Part shown: in pieces, positions 1-9,153 of the stretch | Numbering within the stretch: the first letter of the stretch is position 1 | Layout: each line of letters begins with the position of its first letter | NCBI GenBank assembly: GCA_963803435.1 | Contig: CAWDML010000009.1 | Location: 1,120,001-1,184,000 of the forward strand | Source of the DNA: an uncultured delta proteobacterium | GTDB taxonomy: Bacteria > Myxococcota > Kuafuiibacteriia > Kuafuiibacteriales > Kuafuiibacteriaceae | DNA: 64,000 nucleotides | Direction of reading: 5' to 3' | Notes under the pieces: generated by a model | Seen by the model: the letters and a program-made list of their open reading frames with translations, nothing else | Databases searched by the model: none | What the model was told of the DNA's origin: nothing | Program-made: the position numbers and the translations under genes

Positions 1-1219
1 CGTCGCCGAGATCGAGGCCGCCGTGCTCGAGGCCTCGAACCGGTTCTTCGTCCACGTGAACCACCGCCCCGCCGACGACCCGCGGACGCGGCTGGTCGTG
101 GACGACGGCCGCAACTTCCTGCTCACACGCAACAAGACCTACGACGTCATCATCAGCGAGCCTTCGAATCCCTGGATGACCGGCGCCGCCAGCCTGTTCA
201 CGGTCGACTTCTTCCACATCGCCAAGCAGCGCCTCGCCGACGACGGCGTCTTCCTCCAGTGGCTACAGCTCTACGAGCTGTCCCCGACGAACATCTACGC
301 GCTCATCCGCACCTTCAGCTCGGTGTTCGAGCACGTCTTCGTGTTCACCCCCGACCCGCGCAGCAACGACACGCTCCTGGTGGGCTCCCGGCGCCCGCTC
401 CGCGTCGATCGCGATCGCATCCAGCGGTACTTCGGGGATCCGAAGCTCGCCGCCGAGCTGAAGCGCGCCAAGGTGAAGTCGCCCGACGACTTCCTTGGCC
501 TCTTCCTCCTCGGCGACGACGAGATCCCGCAGTTCGTGGGCCCGGGGGCGCTCAACACCGACGACAACGCGCTGATCGAGTTCGCGGCCCCGAAGGATCT
601 CCTCACCTACGCGACCGCCGATCCGCGCCTCCCGTTCCTCGACGCCGTCGAGGGCAAGCGCCTGGAGGTGGCGCCCCGGTACTTCTCCGGCTTCAGCTTC
701 GACGCCGAGTCGCTGTCGCGCCTGGGCGTCCGTCTCCTCGAGCAGGGCCGGATGGACGATGCGGGAGCGTTCCTCGAGAAGGCGAAGAAGGAGGGCGCCG
801 ACGTCGCGCGTTCGCTGGCGATCCTCGGCTACATCCAGGAGGACGACGATCAACCGGTGGTGATGGCCACGGACGAGACCAAGGGCGACGAACGCTACGC
901 CCGCTCCGCCTACGCGATGATGAACGGCCACGACAAGGACGCGCTCGCGCTGTTCGAGATGAACGAGGGCCTCGAGGACGTCAGCCTGGCGCACCGGTTC
1001 CTCTATGCGTTCCTGTGCTACCGCCAGGGCCGGTACGAGGACGCCGACTACCTGATGGACAAGATCATCGCGAACCCGGAGTTCGTGGAGCGCTATCCGC
1101 CGGTCAACTACTACGCGGGCAAGGTGGCGCTGTATCGCGATCGCTACGAGGAGGCCGCGGAGTGGTTCGGCCGCTTCTATGAGACCGAGCAGGCCCCGGC
1201 GCCGCCACCCATGCCCTGA
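1..1219 (+). CDS. Spermidine-synthase-like (fused MFS/spermidine synthase type) protein, C-terminal part with TPR tail; truncated at the window start
   Basis: DDGRNFL..YDVIISEPSNPW..ASLFTVDFF and LNTDDN motifs; helical TPR-like C-terminus; the frame is open to the window edge. Confidence 0.8.
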   Translation, partial: VAEIEAAVLEASNRFFVHVNHRPADDPRTRLVVDDGRNFLLTRNKTYDVIISEPSNPWMTGAASLFTVDFFHIAKQRLADDGVFLQWLQLYELSPTNIYALIRTFSSVFEHVFVFTPDPRSNDTLLVGSRRPLRVDRDRIQRYFGDPKLAAELKRAKVKSPDDFLGLFLLGDDEIPQFVGPGALNTDDNALIEFAAPKDLLTYATADPRLPFLDAVEGKRLEVAPRYFSGFSFDAESLSRLGVRLLEQGRMDDAGAFLEKAKKEGADVARSLAILGYIQEDDDQPVVMATDETKGDERYARSAYAMMNGHDKDALALFEMNEGLEDVSLAHRFLYAFLCYRQGRYEDADYLMDKIIANPEFVERYPPVNYYAGKVALYRDRYEEAAEWFGRFYETEQAPAPPPMP

Positions 1220-1279
1220 ACGGAGCGGGGCGGGCCGCGACGTTGACAGGCAGCGAACGGCCAACCGGATCATGGAGGT

Positions 1280-2559
1280 GTGGATTCGAGACTGTCACCG
1301 CGCGTCCTACTCGCGCTCACCGCCAGCCTCACCGCCTGCAAGAGCGTCGACCACGTGCGCTGGCTCGCCGAGAACACGATCCCGCTCCGCACGATCGTGC
1401 CTGAGGACGGAGAAGATCTCGGAGATCTCGAGCCGCTGCGGGGGATGATCGGCGACGCCCGCGTGGTCCTGCTCGGCGAGCCGAGCCACGTGGACGGCGG
1501 CGCGATCGAGGCGAACACACGCATCGTCAAGTTCCTCCACGAGCGCATGGGCTTCGACGTGTTCGCCCTCGAGTCCGACTTCTACGGCTGTTTCAAGGTG
1601 CAACAGAGGTTGCAAAAGGGTGACACCGAGCTCGCCACCTTCCAGCAGTGCGCGTTCGCCGTCTGGGGGAACAGCCGGGCTGCGCTGCCGCTCTGGCGCT
1701 ACCTGGGCGCCTCGGCGGCGTCCGAGCGTCCGATCGAGCTCCTCGGCTTCGACTGCCAGCCGTCCAGCAAGGCGGCCACGAAGAACCTGGTCACGGACCT
1801 CGATCGGGTGCTCACGCTCGTCGACCCGCCGCTCCTCGACGAGGACACCCGAGCCCGCGTCTACGAGGCGATCGCGCGCCTCTCGACCTACGTGGCCCGA
1901 GCTCACGAGAAGCAGCGCGAGGGGGATTGGCAGGCGATTGGCGCGCTCGCCCGCGCCCTGGCGTCACCGAAGCTCGACGGCAAGCTGCCCGTCGAGGAGC
2001 GCGCGATGTTTCACCAGCTCGGCGCCAGCCTGGTGGCCGACGAGGCCTCGGAGTGGCTGTACCAGCTGGAGCCGCCGCCGACCGGAGACTACTTCCGGAG
2101 CTTCAACGCCCGCGACGCGCAGATGGCGGACAACCTCCTGTGGTGGATCAACCGGCGCCCCGGACGAAAGATCATCGTCTGGGCCGCCGCCGGTCACCTC
2201 GCGCGTGGCGGCGAGCTCCTGCGTCTGCACGATCCGGAGAGCGGCCACGTCTTCATGCCGATGGGTCAGGTGGTCGCGGAGCGGCTCCAGGAGCCAGCGC
2301 CCGTGATCGCGTTCTTCGCCTATCAGGGCACGCAGGGCCGGCCCGAGCACCCCCCGCAACCGAGCCCGCCGGCGCCTGAGGGGACGCTCGAGGCGCTGCT
2401 GGTCCATGCGGGGTCGAGCGCGGCATCCTCGACCTGCGGGCCGCGGATTGGCTCGCCATGCCGATGCCGACGACGTTCGGCGGCCGGGTGTTCTCGCTCC
2501 CGAAGGTGATCGACATCGCCGTCTTCAGCAAGACGTCGCACGCGAACGAGGGTCTCTGA
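1280..2559 (+). CDS. Erythromycin-esterase-family lipoprotein (apparent single-base frameshift at ~2412)
   Basis: Lipobox LTAC; RVVLLGEPSH, FALES, RDAQMADNL and IIVWAAAGH motifs; adding one G to the run at 2410-2413 continues VERGILDLRAADWL... to TGA at 2557-2559. Confidence 0.8.
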
Positions 2560-4269
2560 TCAAAGCCCGAACAGCCCCTTCTTCTTCTGCTTGCTCTTCC
2601 GCATGCCGGCGAGGCGGACCTCGCGCGTCGCGTCCTGATGGTTCGGATCGTACTCGAGCACCTTCTCGAAGTACTTCACGGCGAGATCCACCTTGCCGAG
2701 CGCCTTGTTGAGGTGGCCGAGGAAGAGATAGCCCGACGCGATGTTCGCGTCGTTCTTCATGATCGTCATGATCTTCCGCGTCGCCGCCTCACCCGCAGCC
2801 GTGGCGTCGCTCCCCTGCATCTTGGTCTCCAGCAGGTAGTCGACGTAGGCCGCGTAGATGCGGAACTCCTTGTCGTCCGGGTTGAGCGCGATCGCCTGGC
2901 GGAGGTGCTCGCTGGCCTCGTCGTACTTGCGCACCTTCACCAGGATCTCGGCCTTCTTGAAGAGCGTCTCGGCGTGGAGCGTGTTCTGCACGCGGACCAG
3001 ATCGTCGGTGCCACCGGTCTCTCCGCGGTCGACCATCTGCTGGTACTCGAAGCGTTGATCCTCGGTCTCGATGGCTTGGAAGGCCTGGCTGATGAACGCG
3101 AAGACCTCGCGGCGGGCGTTCTTGAGCTGCTCGTGCGCCTGGGGCCTCAGCGTGTCGGGGTGGTATCGCTTCGCGAGGTCGGTGTACCGGGTGCGGACGT
3201 CCTCGTCGCTGCTCTTCTGCGTGATCTGGAAGAGATCGAGGTAGTCCTTCCGCCGCATCTCCTCGAGCGCTCGCTTGAGCTCCTCGGCCTCGACCACCTC
3301 GCGCCTGCTCTCCGCGTCCTCTCCGAACACGACGAAGCCGCACTCGGAGGCGAACCAGACGGCCCGCAGGACGGAGAGCCCGCGCTCCTCGGAGTCGTCG
3401 ATCTCCTCGTGCAGCTGAGAGAGCGTCTTCACGCCGTTGACGGTGTTGAGCGTGCGGAGCTCCTTGGGCTTTAGCTTCATCGCTTCGATGGTGGCGCCCT
3501 CGACCTGCGACAGGATCACCGGGCAGCCTCTCCTCTCCTCGAGGAACGCGAGGAGCAGGTCGCGGCCGAGGCCGGCGCGGACCATGTCGAGCAGAATGCC
3601 GAGGCGGTCGAACCCGAGGGGCACGGCGGGGTTCGGAACCTCGGAGGCCTCGAAGCTGCGATTGAAGGCGCGCGTGAGCGCACGACCCAGCGTGAGCTTC
3701 GCCCACGCGATCAGCTTCTCGAAGTAGACGTGCGGCTGCACCACGCCGAGCGAGATCAGCGCGCCGCCCAGGTCCCCGCCCATCTCGGGCGCCCGCTGCA
3801 GCCCGCGCTCGATGGCCGCCTCGTCGCAGACCGACTCCTTCTGGAGGTAGGCGGCCAGCGAGAGGCCCTCGATGGTGGTTTCGACCCCGACGATCTTTCC
3901 ATCTTTGTATGTGAGGGTGAGATCGCCTTCGGCGGAGGTCAGCTTCAGGTGACCGCTGACCTGGCCGATCGCGTTCTTGAGGAGCTGGCGCAGCAGCGGG
4001 CCGCCCTCCGCGTCGATCGGCAGGACCGCCGCGGGGGCCGGGGCGCTCCAGACGTCCTCGCCCCGGTTGAGCCGATCCTTGACGCCCTCGACGTGCGTGT
4101 AGAGCTCAGGCCACTGCGACAGCGCGAGGAAGGCGTCGCCGTCCTCGGAGATGGGTGTGGAGGCGTCGACCACGCGCGCGTCGTACAGGACCTCGATCGC
4201 CTTGAGCGGGAGCGGACCGACGGCCTCGCCCTCGACGTGTCTCAGAAACAGCTCCGCCGGGAGGGCCAC
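2560..4269 (-). CDS. J-domain co-chaperone: GYF_2-like N-terminus, DUF4388-like domain, DnaJ domain, TPR
   Basis: DYLDLFQI...LAKRYHPD J-domain; VGPLPLKAI GYF-like motif; C-terminal TPRs; GTG start chosen at 4269. Confidence 0.8.
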   Translation of the reverse strand: MALPAELFLRHVEGEAVGPLPLKAIEVLYDARVVDASTPISEDGDAFLALSQWPELYTHVEGVKDRLNRGEDVWSAPAPAAVLPIDAEGGPLLRQLLKNAIGQVSGHLKLTSAEGDLTLTYKDGKIVGVETTIEGLSLAAYLQKESVCDEAAIERGLQRAPEMGGDLGGALISLGVVQPHVYFEKLIAWAKLTLGRALTRAFNRSFEASEVPNPAVPLGFDRLGILLDMVRAGLGRDLLLAFLEERRGCPVILSQVEGATIEAMKLKPKELRTLNTVNGVKTLSQLHEEIDDSEERGLSVLRAVWFASECGFVVFGEDAESRREVVEAEELKRALEEMRRKDYLDLFQITQKSSDEDVRTRYTDLAKRYHPDTLRPQAHEQLKNARREVFAFISQAFQAIETEDQRFEYQQMVDRGETGGTDDLVRVQNTLHAETLFKKAEILVKVRKYDEASEHLRQAIALNPDDKEFRIYAAYVDYLLETKMQGSDATAAGEAATRKIMTIMKNDANIASGYLFLGHLNKALGKVDLAVKYFEKVLEYDPNHQDATREVRLAGMRKSKQKKKGLFGL

Positions 4270-4367
4270 CGGGGCGAATGATAAGGGATCTCCGTTCGAC
4301 GCCCGAGGCCTCCTCTGAAATCGATCACACGTTGAATTTTTCTCCATCAGCACGAGTCGATAGAGGC

Positions 4368-5201
4368 GTGCGCGTCTTTCCCCCCAACACCAGGAAAACC
4401 CGCAGGATGGTCATGGGGATCGCGGTCTGGGCGGCCCTCTCGGTCAACGGGGCGGCCTCGGCCGACGAAAAGTCGGTCGTCGAGAAGCTCGAGCACGGTG
4501 AGGTCAACTGGACCGAGAAGACGGTCCTCGCCACCGGGAGCGGCGCGCCGAACCTCAAGCTGGCCAACGTCGCCCAGGTCCGGCTGGCCGCCGAGCGCGC
4601 GGCGAAGATCGACGCCTATCGCAACATTCTCGAGACGCTCAAGGGCGTGAAGGTCACCGCGCACACCTCGGGCGGCGATCAGCTCGAGAACAACCAGATC
4701 AAGACCCAGGTCGAGGGCATCATCCGCGGCTGTAAGACCGTCGACACCCGCTACTACTCGGACGGCGGCGTGGACGTCGTCCTCAAGTGCGCACTCGACG
4801 GCGGGCTGTCCACCGTCCTCGCGCCGGTGAAGGAGCACAAGGACGTCAACACCACCGGCGAGACCAAATACTCCGGTCTGATCATCGATGCGGTCGGGAT
4901 CCGAGCCCAGCCCGCGCTCGCCCCCAAGGTCGTCACACCCGACGGGCAGGAGGTCTACTCGCGATCGATGGTGAATCCGAACGAGCTCCGCCTGCACGGC
5001 GCGGCCAGCTACACGCGCACGCTGGACGACGCCAAGCAGAACGAGCGCGTCGGAATGAACCCGTTGATCGTGAAGGCCACCGGTGTCGGAGACGTCGCGA
5101 GCGATGTCCAGATCTCGGCGGACGACGCGCAGAAGCTGAAGGCGCAGAACCTGACGTTTCTCGCCGAGGCGCGGGTCGTAATCGCGACGGACGGCCCCTA
5201 G
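4368..5201 (+). CDS. LPP20/FlgP-like secreted protein
   Basis: Signal peptide (AASA|DEK); ATGSG..AERAAKIDAYRNILE..QVEGIIRG LPP20-like core; start uncertain (4368 or 4407). Confidence 0.65.
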   Translation: MRVFPPNTRKTRRMVMGIAVWAALSVNGAASADEKSVVEKLEHGEVNWTEKTVLATGSGAPNLKLANVAQVRLAAERAAKIDAYRNILETLKGVKVTAHTSGGDQLENNQIKTQVEGIIRGCKTVDTRYYSDGGVDVVLKCALDGGLSTVLAPVKEHKDVNTTGETKYSGLIIDAVGIRAQPALAPKVVTPDGQEVYSRSMVNPNELRLHGAASYTRTLDDAKQNERVGMNPLIVKATGVGDVASDVQISADDAQKLKAQNLTFLAEARVVIATDGP

Positions 5202-5221
5202 GAAGGCGCCGGGAGGAAGCG

Positions 5222-6382
5222 ATGAGGAAGCATGCGATTCTACTGACGTCCCTCGCCCTATTGGGGCCGGCGACCGCGCGTGCGGCGGAGGAGACGATCG
5301 AGGTCGAGGGCGTCGCCGCCGTCGTGAACGGCGACGTCGCCATCGCGCGGGACCGGGCCCTCGACGACGCCAAACGGAAGGCCGTCGAGCAGGTGGCGGG
5401 CGCCCAGATCTCGGCCGAGTCGATCACCGAGAACTTCCAGCTGGTGGAGGACAAGATCTATTCGCGGGCCGGCGGCTTCGTGAAGAACTACCAGATCGTC
5501 AACGAGCTCAAGGACTCGGACGGCGTCTATCGGGTGAAGATCAAGGCCACGGTCGACTCCAAGGCGATCGCCGACAACCTGGACCAGATCTTCCAGGAGA
5601 AGCCGCGCGTCATCGTCCTGGTGGCGGAGCAGAACGTGGGCTCCAAGGGCTTCAGCTACTGGTGGGGCAACTCGGGGTTCGTGTCCGACATGGACATCTT
5701 CCAGACGGCGCTGATCGGCCAGTGGCAGCCGAAGGGCTTCAAGTTCGTCGATCCCGCGCTGTTGCAGGACAAGTTGCAGGTGAAGGGTGCGATGCAGAAG
5801 GCGGGCCTCACGGACGCCGCGGTGGTGTCGATCGGCCGCGACGCCGACGCCGACATCGCGATCGTGGGCAAGGTCCTGGTCTCCGACGCCGGCAACGTCA
5901 TGGACGGCGTGAAGATGCACTCGTTCCACGCGGTCGGCACCATGCGGGTCCTCAACATCGACACCGGAGAGATCGTGACGGTCGCCGAGGACACGGGCGT
6001 GGCGCCCCACGTCGATCCCAACCTGGGCGGGCGGGCCGCCATCAAGGTGCTGGCGCAGAAGCTGGCGACCACGCTCGAGAGCAAGATGATGGCGAAGTGG
6101 ACCGAGGAGGCGTCGAGCGCCCGCGAGCTCGAGGTCGTCGCCAAGGGCGTCCAGAACAGCAAGATGATCACCGAGATCACCCGGGTCATCAAAGACGAGA
6201 TCCGCGGGGTCGAGTCGATCCGGCTGCGGCGCCGGCAGGGCGGCAACGCGTTCTTCACCGTGCGCGTGCGGGCCCGCGCCTCCGACTTCGGGCACGACCT
6301 CGAGCAGAAGAGCTTCTCCAACTTCAAGGTCGAGCTCCAGGACGTCACCCGCACCAAGGTGGTCCTCAGCCTCAATCGCTGA
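5222..6382 (+). CDS. FlgT N-terminal-domain secreted protein
   Basis: Signal peptide; IEVEGVAA..ARDRALDDAKRKAVEQVAG..GFVKNYQIV is typical of FlgT_N; followed by a TolB_N/CsgG-like domain. Confidence 0.7.
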   Translation: MRKHAILLTSLALLGPATARAAEETIEVEGVAAVVNGDVAIARDRALDDAKRKAVEQVAGAQISAESITENFQLVEDKIYSRAGGFVKNYQIVNELKDSDGVYRVKIKATVDSKAIADNLDQIFQEKPRVIVLVAEQNVGSKGFSYWWGNSGFVSDMDIFQTALIGQWQPKGFKFVDPALLQDKLQVKGAMQKAGLTDAAVVSIGRDADADIAIVGKVLVSDAGNVMDGVKMHSFHAVGTMRVLNIDTGEIVTVAEDTGVAPHVDPNLGGRAAIKVLAQKLATTLESKMMAKWTEEASSARELEVVAKGVQNSKMITEITRVIKDEIRGVESIRLRRRQGGNAFFTVRVRARASDFGHDLEQKSFSNFKVELQDVTRTKVVLSLNR

Positions 6383-6410
6383 GCGCCGGGGAGCCGCGAA
6401 GGAGTCGCCC

Positions 6411-7133
6411 ATGAAGTTCCGAACCCTCGCCCTGACGGCCCTCGCGACGTGCCTGCTCCTGGGCACGGCCCAGGCGGCGCCGGCGCGATTTCGCGTGACC
6501 GCGGTGATCGGGCAGGCCCAGGTCCTCCACGGCGCGAAGGGCGAGCCTGCGGACGCCGCCACCTGGAAGCCGCTCAGGAAGGGCGCGGCCCTCTCGATCG
6601 GCGACGCGGTCCGCACCCGCGAGAAGTCCCGCGTCGAGCTCACGCTCCTCGATGGTTCCCGCGTCCGGCTCGGGGCCGCCTCCAAGGTGACGCTCGGCGA
6701 GGGCCAGTTCAGCGGTCAGGATCGCAAGGTCAGCGTCACCCTGTGGGTCGGACGGCTGTGGGCGAAGGTGGCCAAGGAGCTCGGGGGCGACAGCAAGTTC
6801 GAGGTCGAGACGGCCAACGCCGTGGCGGGCGTGCGAGGGACCAGCTTCACCGTCGTCGCCAACCAGGACACCTCGGCGCTCGTACGGGTCTACAGCGGCA
6901 CCGTCGGTGTCAGAAAGAACGAGGGTCCAAACTTCAGGAATCGGCCGCGCACCGAGGTCCCCGGTCCGAGCCGGGTCGACCAGAAGCAGTGGGACGAGAT
7001 CGTCGCCACGCAGATGAAGCAGGTCGCGATCACCCAGCTCGGCCAGATCCTTCCGGCCGCCGACTTCGAAGATCAAGGTGAGGAGGCGGAGTGGGCCATG
7101 TGGAACCAGAACCTCGATGAGGCTGTACGCTGA
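6411..7133 (+). CDS. Secreted FecR-domain protein
   Basis: Signal peptide AQA; GDAVRT..SRVELTLLDGSRVRLG..ETANAVAGVRGTSF; AAGGAG SD upstream. Confidence 0.85.
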   Translation: MKFRTLALTALATCLLLGTAQAAPARFRVTAVIGQAQVLHGAKGEPADAATWKPLRKGAALSIGDAVRTREKSRVELTLLDGSRVRLGAASKVTLGEGQFSGQDRKVSVTLWVGRLWAKVAKELGGDSKFEVETANAVAGVRGTSFTVVANQDTSALVRVYSGTVGVRKNEGPNFRNRPRTEVPGPSRVDQKQWDEIVATQMKQVAITQLGQILPAADFEDQGEEAEWAMWNQNLDEAVR

Positions 7134-7165
7134 CCGCGGCGCCTCCTAAACTCGTCTCAGGCCGT

Positions 7166-9148
7166 TTGCTCGATCAAAGCTTTCATCGGTTCGGACCCTT
7201 CATCATCATCCGAACCCTGGGCCGGGGAGGGATGGGCGAGGTCTTCGTCGCCCGCACCCCGTGGGATGAGAACCCTCTCGCAGCGGTGAAGCGGCTGCGG
7301 CCCGACGTGGCGCGGGTGCCGACGTTTGCCGAGCGTTTCGCCCACGAGGCCGAGCTCGCGGTGCGCCTCGGACACACGAACGTGGTCGGCACGCTCGACG
7401 TCGGCTCGGTGGAGGGTCAGCTCTATGTCGCCAGCCAACTGGTGCTGGGCAAGGACACCGGCCTCATCGCCGACCGCCTCCGGGAGCGGGGGCAGGGCGG
7501 CCCGGCGGCCGTCGGGATTCGACTCCTACTCGACACGCTCGCCGGTCTGGCCTACGTGCACGGCGCGCGCGAGCCGAACGGGGAGCCGCTCCGGCTGGTG
7601 CACCGGGACGTCACGCCGGGGAACGTGCTCGTCGGCTACGACGGCGCGTCGCGACTGGCGGACTTCGGGCTCGCCAAGTCGCTCCTGACGGAGCGCAGCC
7701 ACCTGACGAACCATGGCGAGATCCTGGGGACGCCCCACTATCTGGCGCCCGAGGTGATCCGGGGCGATCAGGCCTCGCCGGTGTCCGATCTCTACGGGGT
7801 CGGTGCGGTCATGTACCGGTTCCTCACCGGCGTGGCGCCGCATCAGGGCACCACGGCCGAGGTGCTCCTCAAGGTGCTGTCCGAGGAGCCGCGGCCGCTG
7901 TCGGACCTGAGGCCCGATCTCCCGCCGTGGCTGGTGGTGTTCGTGCACCGGCTGCTGGAGAAGGATCCCGCGCGAAGGCCCATGGACGCGTCCGTCCTGC
8001 ACAAGCAGCTCATCGACGATGCCAAGGCGGCGGGCCTGCTGGTGCCGAAGACCGCGGTCGGCCGCTGGCTCGGTTCGCTGTTCGAGGAGGAGAAGCGCGA
8101 GGAGCTCGAGGAGTACGAGCAGGTCGCCGCCATGCATCCCGACGACGTCCCCGAAGAGCCGGAGGGGACGGTGGTGCTGGCCCGGCCGCGGGCCGGATTG
8201 AAGCTGGAGGCACCGCCGTCCATCGAGCAGGAGTTCCAGGACTCGCAGGGGACGGAGCTCGAGCTCTCGGAGGCGGTCATCCGCAGCTTCACGACGGAGG
8301 GACGGGCCAGCGACGTCACGCAGGCCGCCCTCGCGATCCAGGACCCCGAGCTCGACGACGATCCGGAGGCCGTGCTCACGAAGGCGGTCACCGTGTTCAA
8401 GACCGCGCTCGACGACGAGGGCACGCCGTCGAGCCCCGACGTGCTCGATACCGACACCCACGACGGCGACTCGGAGGAGGCGACCAAGTTCGGCTCCTTC
8501 GTGGCATCGGGATCGGGCGCGCGGCCTTCGCTGCCCGGCTTCGTCGACGGCGGTGGCTCCACCGACGGCGACGCCGACACCTCACCCCCACCGCGCCGGC
8601 GGCCCAAGAACCCCGGGTCCGTGATCGTGAGCCCGGCGCCCGTGGCGGCGAAGCCCAAGCCGGCGGAGGTTCGCTCCGATCCCCCGGTCCGGGCGCGCGC
8701 CACCCCGATCGCCCAGGATCGGCCCCACGCCCGGGCCCAGACGCCCGGGCGCGCCCGGCCCAGCCGGCCGAAGTCGCCCCCGCAGCGCGCGGCGCCCCCG
8801 CGTCGCCGCAGCAGCTCGGCGTCGATGACGCGCAACCTGCTCCTATTGACCGGTCTGCTCTGCATCGCGGTGGCCCTCGGGATCGGGATCGGGGTGCTGG
8901 TGGCCTCGCTCAAGCAGGCCCCCCACCCGGCGCCCGCCGTCCGTCTCTCGCTGGAGCCCCGCATCACCCACCTGGAGAAGGAGATCGAAGGGCGATCGAA
9001 CCGGGGTGAGGCGGTGCCGGAGGAGGCGTGGAAGCTGATCGCGAACGCCCGCGCCGCGCTGATGGAGGGCAACGAGACCGCTGCCACGCAGCGGATCGAT
9101 GAGGCCGAGCGTCTGGTGAGCGCGGCCGCGAACACCGCGCAGCGCTGA
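7166..9148 (+). CDS. Hanks-type Ser/Thr protein kinase with C-terminal TM helix
   Basis: GRGGMG, AVK, HRDVTPGN, DFG and APE motifs intact; Pro/acidic linker; TM segment LLLLTGLLCIAVALGIGIGVLV. Confidence 0.92.
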   Translation: MLDQSFHRFGPFIIIRTLGRGGMGEVFVARTPWDENPLAAVKRLRPDVARVPTFAERFAHEAELAVRLGHTNVVGTLDVGSVEGQLYVASQLVLGKDTGLIADRLRERGQGGPAAVGIRLLLDTLAGLAYVHGAREPNGEPLRLVHRDVTPGNVLVGYDGASRLADFGLAKSLLTERSHLTNHGEILGTPHYLAPEVIRGDQASPVSDLYGVGAVMYRFLTGVAPHQGTTAEVLLKVLSEEPRPLSDLRPDLPPWLVVFVHRLLEKDPARRPMDASVLHKQLIDDAKAAGLLVPKTAVGRWLGSLFEEEKREELEEYEQVAAMHPDDVPEEPEGTVVLARPRAGLKLEAPPSIEQEFQDSQGTELELSEAVIRSFTTEGRASDVTQAALAIQDPELDDDPEAVLTKAVTVFKTALDDEGTPSSPDVLDTDTHDGDSEEATKFGSFVASGSGARPSLPGFVDGGGSTDGDADTSPPPRRRPKNPGSVIVSPAPVAAKPKPAEVRSDPPVRARATPIAQDRPHARAQTPGRARPSRPKSPPQRAAPPRRRSSSASMTRNLLLLTGLLCIAVALGIGIGVLVASLKQAPHPAPAVRLSLEPRITHLEKEIEGRSNRGEAVPEEAWKLIANARAALMEGNETAATQRIDEAERLVSAAANTAQR

Positions 9149-9153
9149 CGAGA

